This document shows positions 26,633-34,136 of a stretch of DNA of 64,000 bases, piece after piece. The first letter of the stretch is position 1. Each line of letters starts with the position of its first letter. Source of the stretch: an uncultured Methanosarcinales archaeon (GTDB taxonomy: Archaea > Nanobdellota > Nanobdellia > Woesearchaeales > GW2011-AR4); the NCBI GenBank assembly GCA_964469645.1, contig CAYXZV010000004.1, forward strand, positions 308 through 64,307, in the 5' to 3' direction. The notes beneath the pieces were generated by a model. The model was not told where the DNA came from. It saw only the letters and a list, made by a program, of their open reading frames with translations, and did not search any database. The position numbers and the translations under genes were made by a program.

Positions 26633-27358
26633 GTGTTGTATTTGGGCTTTTTAAAGTTCTTAAAGAGAAACAAGAGTAAGGAACCGAATTTTGGTCCAGA
26701 GAATATTGATGACTTAGATGTTCCTCCGCCGCCTCCTGATCTTGCAGGCAGCATTCCTGGAGACAATAATGAATTTCCTGAGCTTCCAGAACTGCCGGAG
26801 ATGCCTGGAAATGGCAAAGATGAATTTCCGGAACTTGAAGAATCTCTTCCTGAACTGGAACCTATTAAGCAAAAACCAGTTTCAGAGTTTCCTAAAATGG
26901 AGGAATTTCCAGAACTTGGGCCTGATGCAGGAATTCCTAAAGTTGAGGAATACAGGAAACCTATGTTGAGTACACAGCCAAAACCTCTTTTTGCTCAACG
27001 ACCTGTAGAGCAGAAACCTAGATCTGATTTTCCAAATGCTCCTGGGATGATATCACAAAAACCTGAGCCAGAGATAACACCTTATCAGAAATTTGAAAAA
27101 ACCGCTATGAGTCAGCAAAGGGATGTTTTAAGGCATAAGGAAACAAAAGGTCCTGTTTACATAAGAGTGGAAAAATTCAGAGAAATTTTAGGAGGAATGA
27201 GTACCATAAGGAACAATGTAAAAATTGCAGAGCAGTCCATAACAAGATTAAATGAGATAGATGAAAACAGAGACAAAGTGTTTGAAAGATGGCACGATAC
27301 AATGATGGATATGCAAAAAAAACTTATTTTTGTAGATAAGGAATTATTTAAAAAATAG
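26633..27358 (+). CDS. Proline/acidic repeat protein with C-terminal coiled-coil domain (paralog of 27375-27611)
   Basis: GTG/TTG start, uncertain. Contains DDLDVPPPPPDL, repeated EFPEL(P/E) units and C-terminal PVYIRVEKFREIL...W...LIFVDKELF. Confidence 0.6.
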   Translation: MLYLGFLKFLKRNKSKEPNFGPENIDDLDVPPPPPDLAGSIPGDNNEFPELPELPEMPGNGKDEFPELEESLPELEPIKQKPVSEFPKMEEFPELGPDAGIPKVEEYRKPMLSTQPKPLFAQRPVEQKPRSDFPNAPGMISQKPEPEITPYQKFEKTAMSQQRDVLRHKETKGPVYIRVEKFREILGGMSTIRNNVKIAEQSITRLNEIDENRDKVFERWHDTMMDMQKKLIFVDKELFKK

Positions 27359-27374
27359 ATTCGAGGTGGTTAGT

Positions 27375-27611
27375 ATGGTAAGATCAGAAGCTCCGGTTTT
27401 TGTCAAGATTGGTGATTACAAGGATATATTGGATGTATTGGACCTTATAAAAGACAAGCTTGCGGACGCAAAAAGAACATTAGCAGATATAAATGAGCTA
27501 AAGAATGACGAAGATTCAGAGCTTGAGCTTTGGGGCTCTACATTGAGTGAAATGGAAAAAAAGCTGGAAGATATTGATAGAACATTATTTCAGCCTGAGA
27601 GTACATGGTGA
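27375..27611 (+). CDS. 78-aa coiled-coil protein (paralog of the C-terminus of 26633-27358)
   Basis: SD gaggtgg lies 5 nt before the ATG. PVFVKIGDYKDIL...ELELWGSTLSEMEKKLEDIDRTLF is present. Confidence 0.6.
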   Translation: MVRSEAPVFVKIGDYKDILDVLDLIKDKLADAKRTLADINELKNDEDSELELWGSTLSEMEKKLEDIDRTLFQPESTW

Positions 27612-27617
27612 TGTTAA

Positions 27618-28007
27618 GTGGATAAAGGGAGCAAAGACATATTTTTTGTTGAAATTCATGAGCCTGCAGAAGTCAGGAGGAATATTCTGGAGTCTTTAAA
27701 AGATATAGTTGAGAACCTGCAGAGGTTTGAAAAGTTCAAGAGAATAAGGGAGGACAAAATCAAGAACATAAATGATCTTAGAAAAACCATTAAAGAAGTA
27801 AATAAGCTCATTCCAAATCTAAGGAAAGCATTGCCTGATGTGAAGGTTAGGGCTGCAAAAATTGAGAGGCATAAAGGCAGAGGAAAGAAAAAAACGAGCA
27901 GCAAGGATAAAGGCAAGGAAGAAGTGAAAGAGAAACCACTGACAGAGCTGCAGAAACTTGAATCAGAGTTGAATGAAATAGAAGGTAAACTAGGAAATCT
28001 TGGGTAA
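27618..28007 (+). CDS. 129-aa coiled-coil, Lys-rich protein, third gene of the cluster
   Basis: GTG start 7 nt after the previous stop. DIFFVEIHEPAEVRRNILESLKDIVENLQRFEK resembles the N-termini of the two upstream domains. Confidence 0.5.
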   Translation: MDKGSKDIFFVEIHEPAEVRRNILESLKDIVENLQRFEKFKRIREDKIKNINDLRKTIKEVNKLIPNLRKALPDVKVRAAKIERHKGRGKKKTSSKDKGKEEVKEKPLTELQKLESELNEIEGKLGNLG

Positions 28008-28111
28008 AGTTATAATTCTTAGTAATGTTTTTAAATTGGGATTAGTTCTAAATGCAAATAGGCGGGGACAGCTGGAAATTAAAAATTTCCTAGCCTCCTC
28101 TCACTATGTTC

Positions 28112-28272
28112 GCGGAGGTGCCGGAGTGGCCAAACGGGACAGTTCGTTTGGTATGTAGGTACTAAATGAGTCTATACTCAAGAATTTGAGTGATGAGGCC
28201 AAAAGCCGATGAAATACTCGTGGGCCATCTGTTAGCTTAGTGCTTACCCAGGTTCAAATCCTGGCCTCCGCA
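28112..28272 (+). tRNA. Class-II (Leu/Ser-type) tRNA interrupted by about 75 nt of intervening sequence; anticodon unresolved (candidate Leu-CAA)
   Basis: Acceptor GCGGAGG/CCUCCGC plus discriminator A. D arm UGCCGGAGUGGCCAAACGG. T arm CCAGG-UUCAAAU-CCUGG. Long variable region (G)UUAGC-UUAGU-GCUUAC. 161 nt total against about 86 expected. Confidence 0.75.
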
Positions 28273-28320
28273 TTTTTATAATTAACAATATTTTTAAACA
28301 TCCTTTCTTCTTATTAACAA

Positions 28321-29649
28321 ATGATAGAAATCTATGCCGTAGGAGGCTATAATGAAGTCGGGAAGAACTGTTCAGCAATAAATGTTGACGGGGAAGTTGT
28401 GGTTATAGATCTTGGGATTCATCTTGAGAACTATATTAAGCTGACAGAAGATGAAGACCTGGTGAAAATAAATGCAGACAAGCTGATGGCTGTTGGCGCT
28501 GTCCCTAATATTTCTGTTTTGGACAAGATAAAAGATAAAGTAAAAGCCATCGTGATAGGGCACGCCCATCTGGATCATGTCGGAGCAGTTCCATATATTG
28601 CAGATAAATTTAACGCTCCGGTTGTATGTGCGCCTTATACTGCAGAGGTTACAAAAAGCATTCTAAAAGATGAAGGGATTAAACTCAAAAATGAGATAAG
28701 AACAGTCAACATCAATTCTTATTATACAGTCTCAGACAATATAAAAATTGAGTTTGTACACATTACTCATTCTATACCTCAAGCGGCTTTAGTTGTTGTG
28801 CATACAAAGTACGGGGTAATTGTCTATGCTAATGACTTTAAACTGGATTTGCACCCTACCTTGGGCAAGAAACCAAATTTCAAAAGAATGGAAGAAATAA
28901 GCAAGGAAAATGTTATTGCCTTAGTAGTTGAATCCACTTATTCACCAGATCAGAGAAAGATGCCATCAGAGCAGGTTGCAAAAGAGATGCTGAGGGATGT
29001 CTTGTTGGGAACAGACAATAAGGATAATCTAATTATCGTGACTACGTTTTCATCTCACATAGCCAGGCTTAAATCAATAATTGAATTTGGCAAGAAACTT
29101 AACAGGAAGATTATTTTTTTGGGAAGATCTCTGGCAAAATATGTCAAGGCTGCAGAAAATATAGGCATAGTGAATTTTTCAAAGGATGTTGAGATCGTAA
29201 AGTACAGCAGGCAAATAGAAAGGAAACTGAAGAAAGTTGATAATAACAGGAAAAAATATCTGCTTGTTACTACAGGACATCAAGGAGAGCCAAAATCAGT
29301 CTTATATAAGATTGCAAAAAGGGAATTTAAGTTTGATTTATATCCGGAAGATAATGTTGTGTTTTCCTGCAGGACAATACCAACGCCAACAAACATAGCT
29401 AACAGGGATGCTTTGGAAAATGAATTGAAACAAACTGGAGTGAGGATTTTTAAGGATATACATACATCAGGACATGCTGCTCGTGAAGACTTAAGGGATT
29501 TTATAAATATACTGAAGCCAAGGAATATCATCCCTTCTCACGGGAACAAGAATATGAGGGATTCCCTTGCAGAGCTGGCAGTTGAGATGGGGTATAAAAC
29601 TGACCAGAATATTTTCTTGTTAAATAACGGTCAAAAGGCTAGGTTCTAA
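28321..29649 (+). CDS. rnj: Ribonuclease J (beta-CASP metallo-beta-lactamase)
   Basis: HAHLDHVGAVPY (HxHxDH) is present, with beta-CASP motifs and terminal SGHA...H. Confidence 0.85.
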   Translation: MIEIYAVGGYNEVGKNCSAINVDGEVVVIDLGIHLENYIKLTEDEDLVKINADKLMAVGAVPNISVLDKIKDKVKAIVIGHAHLDHVGAVPYIADKFNAPVVCAPYTAEVTKSILKDEGIKLKNEIRTVNINSYYTVSDNIKIEFVHITHSIPQAALVVVHTKYGVIVYANDFKLDLHPTLGKKPNFKRMEEISKENVIALVVESTYSPDQRKMPSEQVAKEMLRDVLLGTDNKDNLIIVTTFSSHIARLKSIIEFGKKLNRKIIFLGRSLAKYVKAAENIGIVNFSKDVEIVKYSRQIERKLKKVDNNRKKYLLVTTGHQGEPKSVLYKIAKREFKFDLYPEDNVVFSCRTIPTPTNIANRDALENELKQTGVRIFKDIHTSGHAAREDLRDFINILKPRNIIPSHGNKNMRDSLAELAVEMGYKTDQNIFLLNNGQKARF

Positions 29650-29706
29650 AACACAAAAATATATAAATTAAGAGCCATTTTCTAGTAGTTATTGGGGGTT
29701 AACATT

Positions 29707-30453
29707 ATGAGACTTACTCTTGCAGAACCTAGGTATCTAAAGGAAAGTGTAACTATAATTTCTGATTTGGTTAATGAGGCTAGGTTTAAAGTTAGCAAGG
29801 AAGCTATTGAACTTGTAGCTATGGATCCTGCAAATGTTGCTATGGTCATCTTTAAGCTTTTGAGCAGTTCTTTTACAGAATATGATGTCAAGAAGGATGT
29901 TGAGATTGCTATAAATCTGAGCAACCTAAAACAGATAATGAGGAGAGCAAAGCCTGATGACATGCTTACTCTTGAGCTGGATCCGGACAATAAGTTAAAG
30001 GTAATCCTAAAAGGCAATAATTTGAGGACATTTAATCTTCCTATAATAGAGCTTGATGAGAAAGAGCAGAAAATACCCGATTTAAAGTTTCCTGTAGCAA
30101 TAAATCTCCCTTCTATGGTTTTGAGTGATGCAGTTGAAGATGTGGATGTTGTGGCTGAGTCTGTGACATTTGTTGCAGAGCAAAAAAAATTCGCTATAAG
30201 TGCAGAAGGTGACCTAAGCCAGGCAGATATAGAGATGAAGGAAAATGATAACACCAAAATAAAGGTTGAAGGGGATGACAAGATAAAGTCAAAGTACAGC
30301 ATCGAGTACCTTAAGAAGATGATAACAGGCAGCAAAATAGCAGATGAAGTTTCGATTTATTTCAACAAAGATTATCCATTAAAGCTTGAATATAAGACTG
30401 TGGATAAGGTTATGCTTAGCTTTATTCTTGCTCCTAGAGTCGAGAACGAATAA
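29707..30453 (+). CDS. pcn: DNA polymerase sliding clamp PCNA
   Basis: ATG 29707 follows ggggg. The 248-aa length and the sequence MRLTLAEPRYLKESVTIISDLVNEARFKVSKEAIELVAMDPANVAMV both fit PCNA. Confidence 0.9.
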   Translation: MRLTLAEPRYLKESVTIISDLVNEARFKVSKEAIELVAMDPANVAMVIFKLLSSSFTEYDVKKDVEIAINLSNLKQIMRRAKPDDMLTLELDPDNKLKVILKGNNLRTFNLPIIELDEKEQKIPDLKFPVAINLPSMVLSDAVEDVDVVAESVTFVAEQKKFAISAEGDLSQADIEMKENDNTKIKVEGDDKIKSKYSIEYLKKMITGSKIADEVSIYFNKDYPLKLEYKTVDKVMLSFILAPRVENE

Positions 30454-30458
30454 TAATA

Positions 30459-31052
30459 TCAAATAGCCAAAAGGAGTATTTGTCCTATGAAGCCGCTTAC
30501 TATCGGAACCATAAGATTATCGTCCATTTCGTCTGTAAGTGTTTCGGTGATGGTTGCTGCAAATGCCATGATAATGGGTATGTAGAGATTGATTGAGAAG
30601 AATAAGCTTATTATCACTGCCACTATCAAATTTGTTACCAACTCGGCTACAAATCCTATTGTAGTCTTATTTCTGAAGAGTATTGCTGTTCCATATTTTT
30701 TGCCAACAATAGCAGCCATCATATCACCAAAAGTTGTCATGAGCAAGGCTGCAAGTGCGATTGCTGTATCAAAAACTGCAAGTACTATTATTGTGGATGA
30801 AAGGAAGAATATTACCCCATAGACCTTGAATTCTTCTTTCGGCCTTATGAACTTATGAAAGAAAGGGAGCTTTATGTTCAGGTCCAACCTTAGATACTCC
30901 AAAACCAAGAAGATTACCAACAACAGAACAAGGAATAGCAAAGCAGCCTGCTGTCCTGCCTGGTTCTTTATTGCGTAGAATAATATAAGGACTACTAAGA
31001 TTGTCAGATGTATTATTTTTCTGCCGATTTCCTGGAAAAAATCCCATTTCAT
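30459..31052 (-). CDS. Polytopic membrane protein, dolichol/polyprenol kinase family (paralog of 13127-13714)
   Basis: Start taken at MKWDFFQEIGRKIIHL. TFGDMMAAIVGKKYG is present. Confidence 0.5.
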   Translation of the reverse strand: MKWDFFQEIGRKIIHLTILVVLILFYAIKNQAGQQAALLFLVLLLVIFLVLEYLRLDLNIKLPFFHKFIRPKEEFKVYGVIFFLSSTIIVLAVFDTAIALAALLMTTFGDMMAAIVGKKYGTAILFRNKTTIGFVAELVTNLIVAVIISLFFSINLYIPIIMAFAATITETLTDEMDDNLMVPIVSGFIGQILLLAI

Positions 31053-31134
31053 ATTATAAATATAGGTATATTCTAATTTATATATCTTTCCTAAAAACAA
31101 AATATATTTAAATTCCGGAAAAATTGTTTATTGT

Positions 31135-31350
31135 ATGCACAAAGAAGGGCTTTTAGAGAATCTGGTTGTAACAGTAATAGCTTCGTTACTTCTCGTTGCT
31201 ATGGGTGTAGTCTATCTCATTGTAACATTATTGATTGTAAGATTCAGCACAGGGTTGATAGGCTATAGTGCTGATGCAAACTGGGTTGTTTTGTCTTCTG
31301 CAGTTATTGTGGCTGGGATTATGATTGGTTCTGCTATAAAGAATGCTTAA
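31135..31350 (+). CDS. Small membrane protein (2 TM)
   Basis: 71 aa with two hydrophobic helices. Confidence 0.4.
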   Translation: MHKEGLLENLVVTVIASLLLVAMGVVYLIVTLLIVRFSTGLIGYSADANWVVLSSAVIVAGIMIGSAIKNA

Positions 31351-31352
31351 AT

Positions 31353-31422
31353 ACGGCAGCCGGGAATCGAACCCGAATCACAAGCTTGGGAAGCTCGTAT
31401 CATACCACTAGACCACTGCCGT
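31353..31422 (-). tRNA. tRNA-Gly (anticodon CCC), no encoded CCA, A1:U72 first pair
   Basis: Reverse complement gives ACGGCAG-UG-GUCUAGUGGUAUGAU-A-CGAGC-UUCCCAA-GCUUG-GAU-UCGGG-UUCGAUU-CCCGG-CUGCCGU-A. Confidence 0.85.
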
Positions 31423-31493
31423 ATAAAAAATAAGAAAGTAAAATTCTTTTAATAATTTATTATTCTAAGAATGAAATTATAAGAAATAAAAAA

Positions 31494-31772
31494 TTACTCT
31501 GCCTTTTGCTCTTCTTCTTCTGAATATGAAGGTATTGCTGCGCGGCTAATTATCATTATATCCCCTATGGACTTTACAAGCTGATGAGGTACAATCACAC
31601 CTTTTGCAGAACCAAGAACTTTGCTTAGAAAAGAATTTTTTGTAGCTCTTACTCTCCAGCCGAATATCTTATTTTGAGTTATGATAGATTCTTCAATATC
31701 ACCAAAATATTCTCCAGTGTCAGTAAAAACCCTCATCTCGAAGGCTTCTGATATCTTCTTCATCTTAAGCAT
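31494..31772 (-). CDS. PRC-barrel-like small protein
   Basis: Start at MLKMKK follows SD aggtggtg and a TATA-like ttttatata. VFTDTGEYFGDIEESII...GWRV...VIVPHQLVKSIGDIMII fits a PRC barrel. Confidence 0.45.
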   Translation of the reverse strand: MLKMKKISEAFEMRVFTDTGEYFGDIEESIITQNKIFGWRVRATKNSFLSKVLGSAKGVIVPHQLVKSIGDIMIISRAAIPSYSEEEEQKAE

Positions 31773-31914
31773 TAAACACCACCTGTTTTTATTTCTGAAG
31801 TTATTGAGCGGTGCAAGTATATAAAATCTTCGATTTTTTAGGAAAGGATTTAGCATTACTTAGTCATTAATTTTTATAGCAAGTTTTTTAAGAGTGTATC
31901 TTGTTCTAAGAGGT

Positions 31915-32604
31915 ATGAAATACAGGAACCTCACAATAATAGGGACTTCCCATATAGCAAAACAAAGCTTGGATGATGTAGAGAAGGCAATTGTAGATGG
32001 AAAACCAGACATAGTTGCTCTGGAACTGGATAGAAGGAGGCTTTATAGCTTGTTTAATAAGCCCAATAAGATCAGAATTTATGACATAAAGAGGGTTGGA
32101 ATCAAGGGTTTTATCTTTTCTTTAATAGGAGCATGGGTCGAGAAGAAACTTGGCAAACTTGTTGGTGTAGCTCCTGGTTCTGAGATGAAAAAAGCTGTTA
32201 AGTTAGCAAAGAAGAATGGAATAAAAATAGCGCTAATTGACCAGGATATTGAAATCACTCTAAAAAGGTTCTCTAAGGCTTTGACGTGGAAAGAAAAATG
32301 GAATTTTGTTATGGATATTTTAAAAGCGATATTTATCAGGAAAAATGTTATTGAGTTTGACCTTACAAAAGTTCCTAGCAAGAAAGTTATCAAAAAATTA
32401 GTTAGCCAGGTCAAAAAAAGGTATCCTAATGTCTATAATGTGCTGATAGTAGAAAGGAATAATGTAATGGCAGAGAATCTAAGGAAGATAATGGAAATGC
32501 ATCCGGAGAAGAAAGTATTAGCGATTATCGGAGCTGGGCATGAGGAAGATATTCTGGGTTTGATAAAAAATCCAAGTATTAGCTATTCTTTTAATATTGG
32601 GTGA
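31915..32604 (+). CDS. TraB/PrgY/GumN-family protein
   Basis: IIGTSHIAKQS, ALELD and IGAGHEEDI motifs are present. Confidence 0.7.
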   Translation: MKYRNLTIIGTSHIAKQSLDDVEKAIVDGKPDIVALELDRRRLYSLFNKPNKIRIYDIKRVGIKGFIFSLIGAWVEKKLGKLVGVAPGSEMKKAVKLAKKNGIKIALIDQDIEITLKRFSKALTWKEKWNFVMDILKAIFIRKNVIEFDLTKVPSKKVIKKLVSQVKKRYPNVYNVLIVERNNVMAENLRKIMEMHPEKKVLAIIGAGHEEDILGLIKNPSISYSFNIG

Positions 32605-32632
32605 AGTTTTATTTTTCTAATATTTTAGACCT

Positions 32633-32775
32633 AGGTTGGTGCGAAAATCTAATTCGTACGTGTGCGAGGCCTTAGCATGCTTCTCAACTTCGCTTCGCTC
32701 AGGTCGAACAGTACAATCCTGCGGAGCTATAAGAATTGGCAAATTACGCACAAGCATCGACTTTCGCACCAACCT
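32633..32775 (+). ncRNA. 143-nt GC-rich rod-like hairpin, candidate structured RNA (or MITE-like element)
   Basis: Closing stem AGGTTGGTGCGAAAATC / GACTTTCGCACCAACCT pairs 16 of 17. Inner stems are CGTGTGCG/CGCACAAG and GCTTCG-cu-CAGG/CCTG-CGGAGC. Apical loop is TCGAACAGTACAAT. The G-U pairs favour the + strand. Confidence 0.5.
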
Positions 32776-32821
32776 CTTTAAACCAATAATTATTTAAATA
32801 TAATTTTATAGGAAGGTATTC

Positions 32822-33577
32822 ATGGCAGAATTAACTGATTTAAGAGATAAGATAAAGAGATATTTTAAGTTCACACCATTAGAGATAAGAAGCTTTGTCA
32901 TAGCTGTTGTAGTCACTGCATTCATCATTTCTTTTGGGGAATGGGGATATGGCAGTGATTTTAGCGTTAGGGTTGGATTGTTCAACTGGTTCAATGCAAT
33001 ACTAATTGTTACTTTATCTTTCCTTGTGCATATCTCTATCCAGAGAATCTGGTCTTTAGGTACGGGTTACAAGCTGGAATGGAGAATGTGGAGTTTTGGG
33101 TTATTATTCGGGCTGATAATGGCGTTTTTGACTAATGGATTATTTTGGGTCATACTTCCGGGAGGATTGATTGTGCACCATATGGCAGGGCACAGGCTCG
33201 GTTGGTTTAGGTACGGAATAAATTACTGGGCTGTTGGTTTAATTGCAATAACTGGGGTTTTTGCCACAGTTTTTCTTATTGTATTGTTTAAAGTTTTAAG
33301 CGCTTTTGTGGTTAATTCCTTGATAGAGAAGGTTATTGCATTCAACATAGCATATGCACTCTATAGCTTGCTTCCATTACCTCCTCTGGACGGGAGTAGG
33401 AGTTTTTACGGCAGCAGGATGCTTTATTCCTTTTCAGTGTTTTTTGTTGTTGCAGCAGTAATCTTATTAAGCTCTAACATAGGTGTAATGGCTGCACTGT
33501 TATCATCACTTTTCATTGGAGTGCTGTTATGGTTTTTATATTATGTATTTTTTGAGCATAAAGCATGGGCATATTAG
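32822..33577 (+). CDS. M50 (site-2 protease)-like membrane protein with degenerate zinc site
   Basis: LLPLPPLDGSRSF matches the M50 motif NxxPxxPLDGG, but HISIQ replaces HExxH. Confidence 0.5.
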   Translation: MAELTDLRDKIKRYFKFTPLEIRSFVIAVVVTAFIISFGEWGYGSDFSVRVGLFNWFNAILIVTLSFLVHISIQRIWSLGTGYKLEWRMWSFGLLFGLIMAFLTNGLFWVILPGGLIVHHMAGHRLGWFRYGINYWAVGLIAITGVFATVFLIVLFKVLSAFVVNSLIEKVIAFNIAYALYSLLPLPPLDGSRSFYGSRMLYSFSVFFVVAAVILLSSNIGVMAALLSSLFIGVLLWFLYYVFFEHKAWAY

Positions 33578-33655
33578 CTAAAGCTAATATTTGCCTCCCC
33601 ATTAGCGTTATACAACGTTATAAGCCCACCCCAACACATAGATTGTGGTGGTACA
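33571..33655 (+). repeat. Conserved 3' element copy 2: hairpin plus twin C-rich motifs
   Basis: ATATTAGCT-aa-AGCTAATAT (33571-90, includes the stop codon) is followed by CCTCCCCATTAG (33595-) and CCCACCCCAACACA (33625-38). Confidence 0.6.
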
Positions 33656-33673
33656 CAACTAACTTAACACAAA

Positions 33674-34006
33674 ATGACAGAGTTTTTTTTCAGAAGCTGG
33701 GCGGAGTTTTTCTTTTTTGTACTCATGGTTGTAGGTTTCATTGTAGCTTTGTGGGCTTCCAGCTTCAGCGCAGTGATAAGCTACATCGTTGTTTTTTTAA
33801 GCGGAATGATTGGTGGAAGGTTACTGTATGAAAGGAAACATAAACTCACAATACCTTACTATCTTATAATTGGGGGATTTCTGATAGGGTATTTAATCGG
33901 AACATTTTATGGCAGCAGAAAGGTTATTGTAGTATTATTTGTTTTAGGAATCTTGTTCAGCTACCATCTTCATAAGAAAGGTTATATTAGAGATGTTGCT
34001 TTTTAG
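33674..34006 (+). CDS. Small membrane protein (3-4 TM)
   Basis: 110 aa, hydrophobic throughout. Confidence 0.5.
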   Translation: MTEFFFRSWAEFFFFVLMVVGFIVALWASSFSAVISYIVVFLSGMIGGRLLYERKHKLTIPYYLIIGGFLIGYLIGTFYGSRKVIVVLFVLGILFSYHLHKKGYIRDVAF

Positions 34007-34136
34007 TATAGCGGAGAAACTAAATATCCATAAAATTATTTAGTTTCTCTAATATAACCAAAGCATAGTTTATATGAAAATTTTAGTGCTTTTGTTATAC
34101 ATAATCTATATAAATATAGATGTATTCTCCAATAGC

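Noticed and set aside
28190-28216. C/D-box sRNA inside the tRNA intervening sequence (GUGAUGA at 28190-28196, CGAUGAA at 28207-28213)
   Set aside because: No CUGA D or D' box is found at appropriate spacing, so it may simply be part of intron hairpins. It is mentioned only as a motif.
29682-30335. 217-aa ORF antisense to PCNA and 234-aa ORF 63168..63872 antisense to TrmB
   Set aside because: The sense-strand proteins have unmistakable family motifs. The antisense products are low-complexity S/F/L-rich sequences.
32633-32775. Possibility that the 143-nt hairpin is a divergent 5S rRNA (minus strand shows CAGG-14 nt-CCUG and GAAGUUGAG, faintly like helix III / loop C)
   Set aside because: The spacing between the putative helices II and III is far too long, and the helix IV/V arm would be only about 27 nt. 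The best overall fold is a single rod, not a three-way junction. It is kept as an unassigned ncRNA/MITE candidate.
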